Shown here: positions 1 to 15,279 of the stretch, piece after piece
How the letters are laid out: every line of letters starts with the position of its first letter
Position numbering within the stretch: position 1 is the first letter of the stretch
Assembly: GCF_009914755.1 (NCBI RefSeq)
Contig: NC_060934.1
Reading direction: 5' to 3' (one strand)
Source of the DNA: the human T2T-CHM13v2.0 reference genome, Homo sapiens
DNA length: 64,000 nt
Position numbers and translations under genes: made by a program
The notes under the pieces: model-generated
What the model was told of the DNA's origin: nothing
The model's database searches: none
Seen by the model: only the letters and a program-made list of their open reading frames with translations

Positions 1-1780
1 GAGATGTCCCTCACAGTCATGCTAAGAGAGGAGAGGGGGCCTGGATTCAAGAGGAGAACTGAGAGACCAGTCCCAGTGTCCAAAAGGAGGTCCACTTTCC
101 TCTCTTCGATTTCCATGATTACCCAGGGCACCTTGATGATAATGGTGGTCTGGACTACAGGAGCCAGGAGAGGAGCCCTGGGACCTGTCAGTCCTGCTGC
201 TGGACCATTTGGAAGACTGGCTCTGGACCTGGTGACCAGCATGCCCAGGAACAGTCCACCCTCCAGTGGTCCCCACTGCAGATTGGACAGGGTTGAGGTA
301 GCTTCCTCATGCTGTCTGAGAAATTCTTGAAATGCCCTGATTTGCCACATCTGTAGCAATTGACAGGTGCACCCTGGGAATTCTGGGGTTTGTGGGCTTG
401 TCTGCTGGCCATTAAAGTCTCTGTCTCTTTCCTGTATTTCCTCTCTCTCTTGTGCCTACCTATCTCTATTATAAAAAACCAAGGTGGGTACTTTCAGAAG
501 GTTCTCTAAAGTACTCTCTTGTCCCAGAGCCTGTTTTGTAGCTTCCTCCTGATATCAGGGGCTGCCTGAGTAGTAAATTTATGCTTTAGGATTGGTTGTC
601 CCTCAGCTGAATCAGGGGATAGACAGGTGTGCTTTACTAAGGCCTCCCTTGGCCTTTCCAGGAAGGCAGTGGGATTTTCATCAAATCCCTGGTCAATCAT
701 GGATGATTTAGTATAATTGAGAGGCTTGGTCCTGGTCTTACATAAGCCCTCCATTATGCACACCTGAAAGTGCCTCCTCTTCCAGGCTTCCATCTTGTCA
801 TTGGAATCCTATTTAGGGTAATCCATTGATACTGCTTCTCTCCCAGTTGGATAATGTTTGCCCCCTTCCCTGACACTATATGTGATACTAAGCTCATCCC
901 CAAATCTCTCTGCTGCTTGCAGAGCAGGCTGCTTCTCAGTGTCTGTCAAGGTCTGGTTCAAAAGCAACATAATGTCTCTCCAGGAGAGATCAAATATTTG
1001 GGTGAAATTCTGGAAAGCCTCTATATATCTGTCGGGGTCATCTGAAAAGTTCCCAAGATCCCCCTTAATTCACTTTAAGTCCTGTAGGGAGGAGGGGAAC
1101 TGGACCTTACTGGGCCCAAATTCACCAGGCATTGGTTGAAGGGGCAAGAGTGAGGTTGGGGCTTGTCTAGGGTGAGGATTTTTAGGAGGGGGCAAGTGAG
1201 AGGCTGAAGCTGAATAGGGAGGTCGAGGTAGACCCAGAGGGGAAGAGCTGGAGGGGGCTGGCTTCTCTGCTTGGGGTGCCTCTGGGATTCATATCTTTAG
1301 TTTCCTAGGCTTGCCCCTTGCAGTCCTCCCTGAGATGGCAAACAGGAGGGCTGTATCAATCCTACACTGTCAGCAAAGGTCTGGATTGCCTTGCAAGGTA
1401 TAGAAAACCTGCACATATGGGACCTCAGACCATTTGTCTTCATGTATACAGAAAAGGCCTGATCACCGGATACTATCGAAATGAAAGGTTCATTCCTGAG
1501 GTCCACCCGGTCCTTCATAATTTGGCCAAACCTTTGTGCAGAGGGCTATGAGGCATTTTTCTTCCAGATTAAGAGGATCAAAGCAGTCCCATTGGTTCTG
1601 GATACACTCCAGAGGGGTATAAGCTGGGAGTGGTGAAGAGAGATGGTTGCCTATTCTGAAAGACAGAGAATAGAGGCATGCCTCATTCCCTTCCTTCTTT
1701 AGTGAAAACTCAGGGTGTGATGGAGAGAGAAAGCAAGACTGTGGACTCTGAGGTGGCTTGGCATGGGCGCCCAAGGACTG
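1..1780 (-). mobile_element. Decayed class I (ERV1) endogenous retrovirus internal region, gag and start of protease (HUERS-P3/ERV9/HERV-W-like)
   Basis: Minus-strand translations give matrix-like (I)GNHLSSPLPAYTPLECIQNQWDCFDP (1654 downward, ATG mutated to ATA). Capsid-like QGFDENPTAFLERPREALVKHTCLSPDSAEGQPILKHKFTTQAAPDIRRKLQ occurs at 506-793. Two zinc-knuckle-like motifs (CYRCGKSGH, CPICSGDHWRVDC) are followed by the gag end QQQD*, then the protease active site LLDTG (DTG at 72-80). Many frameshifts. Confidence 0.9.
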
Positions 1781-2159
1781 GCAGTGTGAAGAGGATATCC
1801 CTGCAGAGGGAAGAAGCCCAACGTGGAGGGTGAGGCCCCGAGGAGAACGAGAAAGATACTGAAGGAGAGCGGACTGGACCGGCGGGGGCAGTGGAGCCTA
1901 AGCAGGGGGAGGAGGCTGTGGACACAGCTGAGTGGCCTGGTGTGGGCACTCGGAACTCAGCAGGAACTACAGCAATTCTTAGAGCTAAGAGTGACAAATT
2001 TGTGTTGGGAGAACCATCTTCTTAGCGACATTCTTTAGATTCACTGGTGCCATGTGCTGGCAAACTGTAACTGTTTCAACATCAAACACACGTAGTGCCC
2101 CCTGCAGCCCGCAGGTGGGTGCTCGGCACCCCCTGGTGGTCAGTGGTAGGCCTCACGAA

Positions 2160-2890
2160 CGAGTCCACATTGCTACAAATCAATCAATGGGCAACAGAGA
2201 CAGTGTGATGAGGAATGGGATCTTTACAATAGCCCCAAAGTGTGTCCTCATAACATAGTCACTGATTAAAACCAGAAAAAGAATGTATTTATGGTAGTGA
2301 AGCGTGACACCCACCACCTTAATTCAATGATCAACAAGAACATCATCAATCTTGGGGCAAACTAAAGTCACATGCCGCCCGGTAGAATGGGAGAAGAGCG
2401 CAGCAGGATGTCTATCGCATTTCTGCTGAAGTTACAGAACCTGAATCTAATCATGAGCCAATACATTAAAAAAAAAAAAAAAAAAGTGAGGGGCATTCTA
2501 CACAGTAACTCTCCTGTGATCTTCACACTGTGTTCAGGTCATGAAGGTGAAGGGAAGACAGAGGGCCTTTGTGGGTTTCAGGACCCTGGAGAAGCGTGAC
2601 AACCGAATACGGCACATGGCTCAGAAATGGATCCTTTGCTATAAAGGACACTATTGGGGCATTGGGTACATTTTGCATAGGGCCTGAAGGCTATTTGGAG
2701 TTATTATATCCATGTTAATTTCTTGATTATGGTTATAATGCGAAAATGCCTTTGCATGAAAAACACATTAAAGTATTGGGGTGTTGGGGTTTCATGCTGA
2801 CAACCTACTTTCATAGGTTCAGGGAAACATATTTGTACCGTGCCTGCAATTCTTCTGTAAATTTGATGTTTCAAGATAATAAAAACAAAA
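2160..2890 (+). mobile_element. Old L1 3' end (L1MC4-like)
   Basis: Motifs aacctgaatctaatcatgag, gggcattctaca and ttctgtaaatttgatgtttcaagataataaaaa resemble the recalled L1MC 3' UTR consensus. Confidence 0.65.
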
Positions 2891-3866
2891 AGGAAACTGA
2901 GCCTCAAAATGTTACATAACCTGACTGAGTCCACATGGGTAATAAGTGACAGCTCTGGGTGAAAACTCAGGTGTGCCTTTCCCCTAAAGTCACGCCCTGC
3001 CCTGCCAACCACAAGGCCCTGCACATCTGAGTTGGCCTCTGTTCCTGCTCATCACCTGCAAAACAGCCCTGCCTCCCCACAGCCAAGTTGCTGGAGCTGC
3101 GCCCCACCTGCCCCCACCCTGCACTGGCCTGACTCCCCCATTCCACACCTGGCCCAGCACCCACCACATGGTGTGGCAGACAGCACTGGGGCAGCTGAAA
3201 GACTCCATGCTACAAATTGGCACTGCCCAGCTTCCTGCTTCTGGGAGTGGGGTCCATTGGCTGAGCTTCCGCTCCCTGGAAGAGCTCCAGACTCCTCAAT
3301 GGTTTGGGATTTTTCAAACCAATTCCAAATAAGCCAGGGGATATTTTCCTGTCTTGGTTCCCATCATTACCACCTCCACAGTTGGAGATTCCCTCCTAAT
3401 CCAGATGCTCGAACCAGGACCTCAACAACTAGGGCTTCATATATCACTGGGACACTTAGCATAATCACCATTGCAGGTTGCCAGACATCACCCAAAGTGA
3501 TGTTCTACCAAAGACAGAAACTGCAGCTCTCCCGTGACCTTCCAGGTGCTGCCCTGACTCCTCCAGCTGAACCTGCTAGGGCAGAGGGAAGTGGAACGTG
3601 CAGCATATTTGCCGGCCACTCTGCCCATGTGCCCACCAACTCAGCTGCAGGCTCCAGGGACACAGGCTGGTGGGGGGGCCTGGGGCTCATGGCTGAGCCA
3701 GGTCGCAGGACAGACAAGTTGGCCTGGATCAACCTGACCAATCTCAGCTGGAGCAGTGAGTTCTTCATTGTCTGAATCTAAACCAGGAACCCAGTGGGGC
3801 TTCCTTAGTGCCTGTGTAAGGGCTCTCGGCTTTCACTGCTAAGGAGCTTGCTAGGGGCAGGGTGGG

Positions 3867-4107
3867 TGACCTCAGCCAAGGGGGGGATTTCTCTTCTTAC
3901 AGACCTGGAGTTCCTCTTTCGCAGGTTCTGTGCTCCCCTCAAGGGTCCTTTGAGATCCTCCAGCCTGAGTGCTCTTGGGGAAACATGCTGTGTAAACACT
4001 ATGCCCATTTCCTGCCTGGAGCACAGGTTTTGTGGTAGGGCTCTCAGGGGTGAGGAGGAAGCCTGGCAGCCCCCACATCTATAAATGCTGCGTCTACCTT
4101 ACCCTCT
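3867..4107 (+). promoter_or_regulatory. SFTPA1: SFTPA1 proximal promoter
   Basis: TGACCTCA (CRE-like/nuclear receptor half site) at 3867-3874 (~-240). CTCAAG NKX2-1/TTF-1 core at 3938-3943 (~-170). GT-box-like GGGGTGAGG at 4047-4055 (~-60). TATAAA at 4080-4085. Spacing matches the known SP-A promoter layout. Confidence 0.85.
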
Positions 4108-4151
4108 GACTTGGAGGCAGAGACCCAAGCAGCTGGAGGCTCTGTGTGTGG
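4108..4151 (+). other. SFTPA1: SFTPA1 non-coding exon A
   Basis: Starts ~23 nt after TATAAA (gacttggaggcag...) and ends at donor gtgagt (4152). The TSS is approximate. Confidence 0.8.
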
Positions 4152-4487
4152 GTGAGTTTAGCCCCATCCCCTAGGTGTTCTCCAGCTTGAGGATCGCAGG
4201 CAGAGAGGACCAGCCCAGCAGCCACAGGCCTGACCAAAGCCCAGGCTGGGAAGGAGGGCAACTCCCCATTTTCCACTGGGAGGTGTTTCACAGCACAGTC
4301 AACATAGGTGACCTGCAAAGATCCTCATGTTTGTTATTTTCTTTGGCCAGATCCATCCCTACAGGGTTCAGCAGGGCCTACAGGAGGGGCAGTGAGAGAA
4401 CAGACCCCAAAAAGAAAGGGGACTCCATGACTGACCACCTTGAGGGGGGCCAGGCTGCGGGCCCCGTTCATCTTTTTTCATTCTCAG

Positions 4488-4517
4488 GTCGCTGATTTCT
4501 TGGAGCCTGAAAAGAAA
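4488..4517 (+). other. SFTPA1: SFTPA1 alternative non-coding exon B (B' extends to donors at ~4547-4559)
   Basis: Acceptor tcttttttcattctcag (AG at 4486-87), a weak donor gtaaca at 4518, and three gtgagt donors at 4547, 4555 and 4559. Confidence 0.6.
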
Positions 4518-4750
4518 GTAACACAGCAGGGATGAGGACAGATGGTGTGAGTCAGTGAGTGAGTGACCTGACTAATAGCCTGGGAGGGACAGGGCAGGTT
4601 TTCTGCAGAGCACGGAAGATTCAGCTGAAGTCAGAGAGGTGAAGCCAGTTTCCCAGGGTAACATAGTGAGGCACTGAAAGAAAGGAGACTGCACTGGAGC
4701 CCAGGTCCCCGGGCTCCCCAGAGCTCCTTACTCTTCCTCCTCCTCAGCAG

Positions 4751-4810
4751 CCTGGAGACCCCACAACCTCCAGCCGGAGGCCTGAAGCATGAGGCCATGC
4801 CAGGTGCCAG
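4751..4810 (+). other. SFTPA1: SFTPA1 alternative exon C, carrying an in-frame upstream ATG (4789)
   Basis: Pyrimidine tract plus tandem acceptor cagcag (4745-4750) and donor gtgatg at 4811. The ATG at 4789 splices in frame to exon D, giving [19 protein letters not shown]. Confidence 0.7.
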
Positions 4811-4907
4811 GTGATGCTGGGAATTTTCCCGGGAGCTTCGGGTCTTCCCAGCACTCTGGTCTCGCCCGCCCTGCCTCTCGGGCTCTGCCCAGCTTCCTGA
4901 GTCCTGA

Positions 4908-5240
<333 letters not shown>

Positions 5241-5480
5241 TAGGCTGTGGGCCATAGTGAGCTGGGGGCTATAGTAAGCTGGGTGGGACTTCAGTCTGCA
5301 GGGCTGGTGGGTTCCTGGGGCCCTTATGATGGCGCATCCTGGAGAGTCTGTCCTCATAGTGCCCACGGAGTGATAGAGTGATAGCTGAGCCAGCCCTGGT
5401 GATAATGGGCATCGAGTCTCACTAGCTCCAACCAGTTGTGGGTGACAGATCCTACACATCCATGTCTCTTTTCTCTGCAG

Positions 5481-5600
5481 GCCCCATGGGTCCACCTGGA
5501 GAAATGCCATGTCCTCCTGGAAATGATGGGCTGCCTGGAGCCCCTGGTATCCCTGGAGAGTGTGGAGAGAAGGGGGAGCCTGGCGAGAGGGGCCCTCCAG
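5481..5600 (+). CDS. SFTPA1: Surfactant protein A1, coding exon 2: collagen domain with PCPP kink
   Basis: ttttctctgcag acceptor, 120 nt, donor gtgagc. Encodes [40 protein letters not shown], with SP-A1-diagnostic Met66, Asp73, Ile81 and Cys85. Confidence 0.98.
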
Positions 5601-5960
5601 GTGAGCAGGGTGGGGCAGGTGGGCAGTGGAAACATGGGCACAGCGACCCTGAAGTCAGTTACACGGGGATGATGGGGATCAGACAAACCCTACAGGTTCC
5701 CCAAGGGCATTTGGCTCAACCTAAGTAAGAGAGGATAAGCTTGAGGGAGAAAGCTGAGGTGTCTGGGGAGTGTGGTCACAATTCAGGGAAAGGCAGGTGT
5801 GGGAAGTCCTCCGTGCCTCATGACCACCGATGGGGACACACTGAGTCAGGTGTGGGATGAGGGACAGCACTGGGAGGCAGGGGAGGCATGTCCTGGGATG
5901 GAGGCCCTGGGGGCTGTCTGAAGGGTGAATGCGGACGAGGCATCCAGACAGACGGTGTGA

Positions 5961-6503
<543 letters not shown>

Positions 6504-6844
6504 TAGAACATAGAGATTACAAATAGGCATGCACATGCAGGTCTTGGGGAAAGGAATGACGCTTGCTTTTCTGATGTCTTTGAATGGCCCACAGGAGACA
6601 GAAGCAGACACAATTCACTCCCCATTTCATAGGAAAGCAAGTTCTCCACCTGCCTTGCTTTCCACTGAATTCCAGGAAATTGCACCATTTCTGGCAATAA
6701 GTAATTGTTACTTAGGTGAATGAATAAATGGAGGAGAGTCTAAAAGTGAATTTAGAAAACTGCAATTGGAAGAGGAAGAGAAGACACAGAGAGAGGCAGA
6801 GATGGAGAGACTGGGGAGAATCTGGTAGCAGAGACCCCAGGTGA

Positions 6845-7279
<435 letters not shown>

Positions 7280-8324
7280 GAGGCATTTAGGCCATGGGAC
7301 AGGGAGGACGCTCTCTGGCCTTCGGCCTCCATCCTGAGGCTCCACTTGGTCTGTGAGATGCTAGAACTCCCTTTCAACAGAATTCACTTGTGGCTATTGG
7401 GACTGGAGGCACCCTTAGCCACTTCATTCCTCTGATGGGCCCTGACTCTTCCCCATAATCACTGACCAGCCTTGACACTCCCCTTGCAAACTCTCCCAGC
7501 ACTGCACCCCAGGCAGCCACTCTTAGCCTTGGCCTTCGACATGAGATGGAGCCCTCCTTATTCCCCATCTGGTCCAGTTCCTTCACTTACAGATGGCAGC
7601 AGTGAGGTCTTGGGGTAGAAGGACCCTCCAAAGTCACACAAAGTGCCTGCCTCCTGGTCCCCTCAGCTCTGCCTCTGCAGCCCACTGCCTGCCCAGTGCC
7701 ATCAGGATGAGCAGTCCCGGCCAAGCATAATGACAGAGAGAGGCAGACTTCGGGGAAGCCCTGACTGTGCAGAGCTAAGGACACAGTGGAGATTCTCTGG
7801 CACTCTGAGGTCTCTGTGGCAGGCCTGGTCAGGCTCTCCATGAGGTTAGAAGGCCAGGTAGTGTTCCAGCAGGGTGGTGGCCAAGCCAACCCCATGATTG
7901 ATGTGTACGATTCACTCCTTTGAGTCTTTGAATGGCAACTCAGCCCCCTGACCTGAAGACAGCCAGCCTAGGCCTCTAGGGTGACCTAGAGCCGCCTTCA
8001 GATGTGACCCGAGTAACTTTCAACTGATGAACAAATCTGCACCCTACTTCAGATTTCAGTGGGCATTCACACCACCCCCCACACCACTGGCTCTGCTTTC
8101 TCCTTTCATTAATCCATTCACCCAGATATTTCATTAAAATTATCACGTGCCAGGTCTTAGGATATGTCGTGGGGTGGGCAAGGTAATCAGTGACAGTTGA
8201 AGATTTTTTTTTCCCAGAGCTTATGTCTTCATCTGTGAAATGGGAATAAGATACTTGTTGCTGTCACAGTTATTACCATCCCCCCAGCTACCAAAATTAC
8301 TACCAGAACTGTTACTATACACAG

Positions 8325-8560
8325 AGGCTATTGACTGAGCACCTATCATTTGCCAAGAACCTTGACAAGCACTTCTAATACAGCATATTATGTACTATTC
8401 AATCTTTACACAATGTCACGGGACCAGTATTGTTTCCTCATTTTTTATAAGGACACTGAAGCTTGGAGGAGTTAAATGTTTTGAGTATTATTCCAGAGAG
8501 CAAGTGGCAGAGGCTGGATCCAAACCCATCTTCCTGGACCTGAAGCTTATGCTTCCAGCC
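8325..8560 (-). mobile_element. MIR SINE in the SFTPA1 3' UTR
   Basis: tattgactgagcacctat...cctcattttttataaggacactgaagcttggaggagttaa...aagtggcagaggctggatccaaaccca resembles an antisense MIR. Confidence 0.7.
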
Positions 8561-8577
8561 ACCCCACTCCTGAGCTG

Positions 8578-8603
8578 AATAAAGATGATTTAAGCTTAAT
8601 AAA
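8578..8603 (+). terminator. SFTPA1: SFTPA1 polyadenylation signals
   Basis: Two AATAAA hexamers (8578-8583, 8598-8603) ~1.3 kb after the stop codon, with GT/T-rich sequence downstream. Confidence 0.8.
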
Positions 8604-9309
8604 TCGTGAATGTGTTCACATGAGTTTCCATAGCTTTGGTTCCAAGAAATATCACATTTCTGTATTTTTGTAAATCAAATGAACTCTGACTCTGAGCCCC
8701 CACTTGCCTGAAGATTGGAAAATTCAATCTCAGGATGTGCTTTCTTTGTTTGGTAGGAGGAGCCACCTCCTCTCCTCACTATGATGCTGCAGAGGGATGG
8801 GGAGCTACAGCCACCATTTGGAAGAACATACGGGCTTCCTGAGTCCACATGGTCCATTTGTGGGTGGGAATACCATGTCTTCTGTCCCCTACTCAGCCAC
8901 CTGAATGATTTCTGCAGCCCAGCAGTGATGGTGGCACTCAGGGCTCAGTCCCAGGCCTTAGTGAGCCATCCTAGTCTCAGGTCTGCATGGAATGGGACCA
9001 CACTCTCATGACCCAGGGCTGCGCAGGAATGAGACAATGTCTCCAATTGCTTGAGGAGGCAGCTACATATGTGTCCCACCTCCCACTTCTCCCCCTATAA
9101 CACCTGTGAACACTCTTTCTCAGTGCATTTATTGCTTTTCTTGGGCGGAAGGAAGCTCAGAAAACCAATGAGAATAAGAGGAAATTTTTCTCAGTCTTTT
9201 ATGAGTGATAATTTTTAATCTGATCACCATTCCATATGTGCTTAGGACCCAGCACAGAAATTATTGAGCCTTCTTCAAAATTAAGAAAAAAAGCAAGTAG
9301 AAGCATGTA

Positions 9310-9676
9310 CAGATGTATCTCGACTTATGATGGGGTGACATCCCAATAATCACATTGCAGGATGAGAATATATTAAGTGGAAAATGCATTTAATACACCT
9401 AACCTACCAAACATCATAGCTGAGCCTGGAGTAACTTAAACATGCCCAGAAAACTTATGTTAGCCTGCAGTTGGGCAAAATCATCTAACACAAGGCTGAT
9501 TTTATAATGAGGTGTTGACTGTCTCATGAAATTTATGGAATGCTGGACTGAAACTGAATGAATAATTCAGTTATATGTGTACTTGAAGTATGGCTTCTAC
9601 TGGATTTGCATTGCTTTTAAGTCATTGCAAAGTGGAAAAATTGTAAGTCGGACAGTTGTAAATCCAGGACAGTCTA
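9310..9676 (+). mobile_element. TcMar-Tigger non-autonomous DNA transposon (Tigger4b/Zombi-like)
   Basis: Begins TA|cagatgtatctcgacttatgatgggg, contains aatgcatttaatacacctaacctacc and ends gtaaatccaggacagtct (decayed TIR). Confidence 0.8.
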
Positions 9677-9714
9677 CATTCCCAATTATATAGATAAATA
9701 CTTTAAGCCTCTGA

Positions 9715-12700
9715 AAATTTGCATCTATTGAGATAATCATGTGGTTTTTGTCTTTAGTTCTGTTTATGTGATGAATCACTTTTATTGATTTGCGTATGTG
9801 GAACCAAGCTTGCATCCTAGGGATGAAGTTTACTTGATTGTGGTGGATAAGCTTTTTGATGTGTCACTTGATTCGGTTTGCCAGTATTTTGTTAAGGATT
9901 TTTGCATCAATGTTCATCAAGAATATTGGCCTGAAGTTTTCTTTTTTGTTGTATCTGCCAGGTTTTGGTATCAAAATGATGCTAGCCTTACAGAATGAGT
10001 TAAGGAGGAGTTGCTTCTTTTCAATTTTTTGGAATAGTTTTAGTAGGAATGGTACCAACTCTTCTTTGTACCTCTGGTAGAATTAAGCTGTGACTCCATC
10101 TGGTCCTGGGATTTTTTTGGTGGGCAGGCTATTTATTACTGCCTCAACTTCAGAACTCATTATTTGTCTATTCAGGGATTCCATTTCTTCCTGATTCTTT
10201 CTTGGGAGGGCGTATATGTCCAGGGCATATTTATCCATTTCTTCTAGATTTTCTAGTTTATGTGCACAGAGGTGTTTATAGTATTCTCTGATGGTTGTTT
10301 GTATTTCGTGGGGTCAGTGGTGATATCCCCCTTATCATTTCTGATTGTGTCTATTTGAATCTTCTCTTTTCTTCTTTATTAGTCTAGCTAGTGATCTATC
10401 TATTTTATTATTTTTTTCAAAAATCCACCTCCAGGATTTGTTGATATTTTTAAGGTTTTTCGTGTCTCTGTGTCCTTCGATTCTGCTCTGATCTTGGTTA
10501 TTTCTTTTCTTCTGCTAGCTTTGGGGTTTATTTGCTCTTAGTTCTCTAGTTCTTTTAGTTGTGATATTAGGTTATTAACTTTCTAACTTTTTGATATGGG
10601 CATTTAGTGCTATAAATTTCCCTCTTAACATTGCTTTAGCTGTGTCCCAGGGATTCTGGCATGTTGTGTCTTTGTTCTCATTAGTTTCAAAGAAGTTCTT
10701 GATGTTTGCCTTAATTTCATTGTTTACCCAAGAGTCATACAAGAGCAGGTTTTTCAATTTCTATGTAGTTGTGTGGTTTTGAGTGAACTTCTTCATCTCG
10801 AGTTCTAATTTGATTGCATTATTGTCTGAGAGACTGTTTGTTATTATGTCAGTTCTTTTTCATTTGTTGAGTGTTTTACTTCCAATTATGTGATCAATTT
10901 TAGAGTAAGTAGGATGTGTCAATGAGAAGAATGTATATTCTGTTGTTTTGGGGTGGAGAGTTCTGTAGACATCTAACAGGTCCACTTGATCCAGAGTTGA
11001 GTTCAGATCCTGAATAACTTTGTTAATTTTCTGTCTCAATTATCTATCTAATATTGTCAATGGGGTGTTAAAGTCTCCCACTATTATGTGTGGGAGTCTA
11101 AGTCTCTTTGAATGTCTCCAAGAACTTGCTTTATGAATCTGAGTGCTCCTGTATTGGGCACATATATGTTTAGAAGAGTTATCTCTTCTTGTTGAATTGA
11201 ACTCTTTACCACTATGTAAGGCTCTTCTTTGTCTTTTTTTATCTTTGTAGGTTTAAAGTCTGTTTTGTCAGAAACTAGGATTGCAGCCCCTGCTTTTTTC
11301 TGTTTTTCATTTGCTTGGTAAATTTTCCTCCATCCCTTTATTTTGAGCCTATGTGTGTCTTTGCATATGAAATGGGTCTCTTTAAGACAACATACTGATG
11401 GGTCTTAATTCTTTATCCAGCTTGCCATTCTGTGTCTTTTAATTAGGGTCATTTACTCCATTTACATTTAAGAATAGTATTGATATGTGTGGATTTGATC
11501 CTGTCATGATGATGCCAGCTGCTTATTTTGCAGACTTGTTTATGTGGTTGCTTCAGTGTCACTGCTCTGTGTACTTTGGTGTGTTTTTGTAGTGGCTGGT
11601 AACAGTTTTCCTTTCCATATTTAGTGTTTCCTTCAGGAGCTCTTGCAAAGCAGACCTGGTCATGATGAATTCACTCAGCATTTTCTTGTCTGAAAAGGAT
11701 TTTATTTCTCCTTCGCTTATGAAGCTTAGTTTGGCCAGATATGAAATTCTGGGTTGGAAATTCTTTTTTTAAAGGAAGTTGACTGTTGGCCCCCAATCTT
11801 TTCTAACCTGTGGTGTTTCCACTAAGAGATTCACAGTTAGTCTGATGGACTTCCCTTGGTAGGTGACCTGGCCTTTGTCTCAGGCTGCCCTTAACATTTT
11901 TTCTTTCATTATGACCTTGGAGAATCTGATTATTTTATCTTGGAAATGATCTTCTCATGGAGTATCTTACTGGGGTTCTCTGCATTTCCTTAATTTGAAT
12001 ATTAGCTTGTCTTGCTTGGTTGGGGAGTTTCTCCTGGATGATATCCTGAAGTATGTTTTCCAACTTGGTTCCATTTTCCCCATCACTTTCAGATACCCCA
12101 ATCAGTGATAGATTCAGTCTCTTTACATAATTCCATATTTCTTGTAGGTTTTGTTCATTTCTTTTCATTCTTTTGTCTCTATTTTTGTCTGCCTGTCTTA
12201 ATTCAGAAAGCAAGTTTTCCAGTTCTGAGATTCTTTCCTCCACTTGGTCTACTCTGCTATTAATACTTGTAATTGCACTGTGAAGTTCTTGCAGTCTGTT
12301 TTTCAGCTCTAACAGGTTGGTTATGTTCCTCTCAAAACTGGCTGCTTTGGCTGTCAGTTTCCATATGATTTTATCAAGATTCTTAGCTTCTTTGCATTGG
12401 ATTGCAACATGCTCCTTTAGCTCTGTGAAGTTTGTTATTACCCACCTTTTGAGGCCTACTTCTGTCATTCAGACATCTCAGCCTCAGCCCAGTTCTGAGC
12501 CCTTGCTGGGAGGTGTTGCAGTCATTTGGAGAAAAAGGGGCACTCTGGCTTTTTGAGTTTTCAGCATTTTTGCATTGATTCTTTCTAATCTTTGTTGGCT
12601 TACCTACCTTTGATCTTTAAGGTTACTGACCTTTGGATGGGGTTTTTGTTGTTTTTCTTTGTTGTTGTTGTTGTTGTTTTCCGTCTATTTGTATTTCTTT

Positions 12701-13662
12701 TAACAGTCTTCCCACCCTTCCATAGGGCTGCTGTGGTTTGCTGGGAGGCTGCTCCAGACCCTAGTTGCCTCAGTTCTTCCCATACCTGGAGGTATCACCA
12801 GTGAAGGTGGTCCCAGGGAGAGATCAGAGCTCTGTCCGTAATATGTGCCAGTGGGAATGGCTGGAAAGCCTGGCTGGGAGGTCCCACTAAGTGAGGAGAA
12901 ATGGATCAGGTCCCTGCTAAAAGAAGCAGTCTGGCCACCATCTGTCAAAGCAACTACATTGTGCTTCTGCGGGGATTCTTTCTTGTCTGGACTGTGTGGA
13001 CTTTCCAAAGCCCATAGACTGAAAGGGCTGAGTCAACCCTCCTCCCTGGGGCTCCATTCTGTCTCAGGCAGGCTCCATCCTGTTACTGATGGCAACCTGG
13101 AATTCCAAGCCAGTGGGTATTATCTCGCGAGGTACCATGGAAGTGGAGCCCATGGAATGAGGCTGCTCAGGCTCCCTGGATTTTACCCCCTTCCTAGGGG
13201 TATGTGTGGACCTCCCACCTTTGTACCTCTGAGTTGCAGACACAGTTTTTGGGGATCCCGGGGCTAGGGCATATAAAACTCCTAAGTCTCTGTGTGTGCA
13301 TGAGTAGCTGCTCTGCCAAGACTGCACACAGCTCTGTGTGTCAGACCTGGCATGGGCTCATGAGGGGATCTCCTGATCAGTGGGTTACAAAGCTCTGTGG
13401 GAGAACAGTGGTTTCCTGGGGTAATACAATCACACACCCCTTCCCTTGGCTGGGGGTGGGGGTTCCCTTAGCTCTGTGTCACTCCTGGGTGGGCCATTGT
13501 CCAATCCTGCTTTCCTTCATTGTCTGTGGGTCAAGTTATTTCCCTGAACAGTCCCAATGTGACTATCTGGATATTTCAATTTCAGGTGCTGTGTTCACTC
13601 GCCCCTTTCATTCCTCTTTGTGAGTGCCGCGAACTACAGCTGCTTCTAATCGGCCATCTTCT
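9715..13662 (-). mobile_element. Old primate L1 (about L1PA13-16): 5' UTR, ORF1 and the first half of ORF2, 3'-truncated
   Basis: The L1 5' end aagatggccgattagaagcagc lies at ~13660. ORF1 remnant at 11935-12468 (RMKRNEQNLQEIWNYVKR). ORF2 remnants at 10575-10757, 9864-10058 and [15 protein letters not shown] at ~9720-9790. Confidence 0.92.
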
Positions 13663-13920
13663 CATTTCTTTTTAGATTTATTTTTACTTACTTTGTGGTT
13701 TAATTTTCTGTTGTTACTATACTATTTTATATTCTAAATTAATTATTGCTAGTTTGTAAGAAAAATTTTTGATATATATTATTTGTTGATCTTATACCCT
13801 ACCATCTTTTTGGAACCTCGTTTTCCCCCAATATTTCTAATATAACTGATTTTGTTATATTTTATATGTTTCTATTTACAAACAGTAGAAATTTTGTATA
13901 TCTCTTTTTGCAATTTATAT

Positions 13921-15175
<1,255 letters not shown>

Positions 15176-15279
15176 GCCATTTATATTTTTATATCCCCTT
15201 TTTATAGGGGCCGGGAGAACCTATACATTTTTGAAGAGACTCATTGAAATTTTTCATTGAGTCTTTGTGACATAAGTTT

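Noticed and set aside
3032-3775. 247-aa ORF upstream of SFTPA1
   Set aside because: Non-ATG start, no recognisable domain, and composition typical of a chance ORF in GC-rich DNA.
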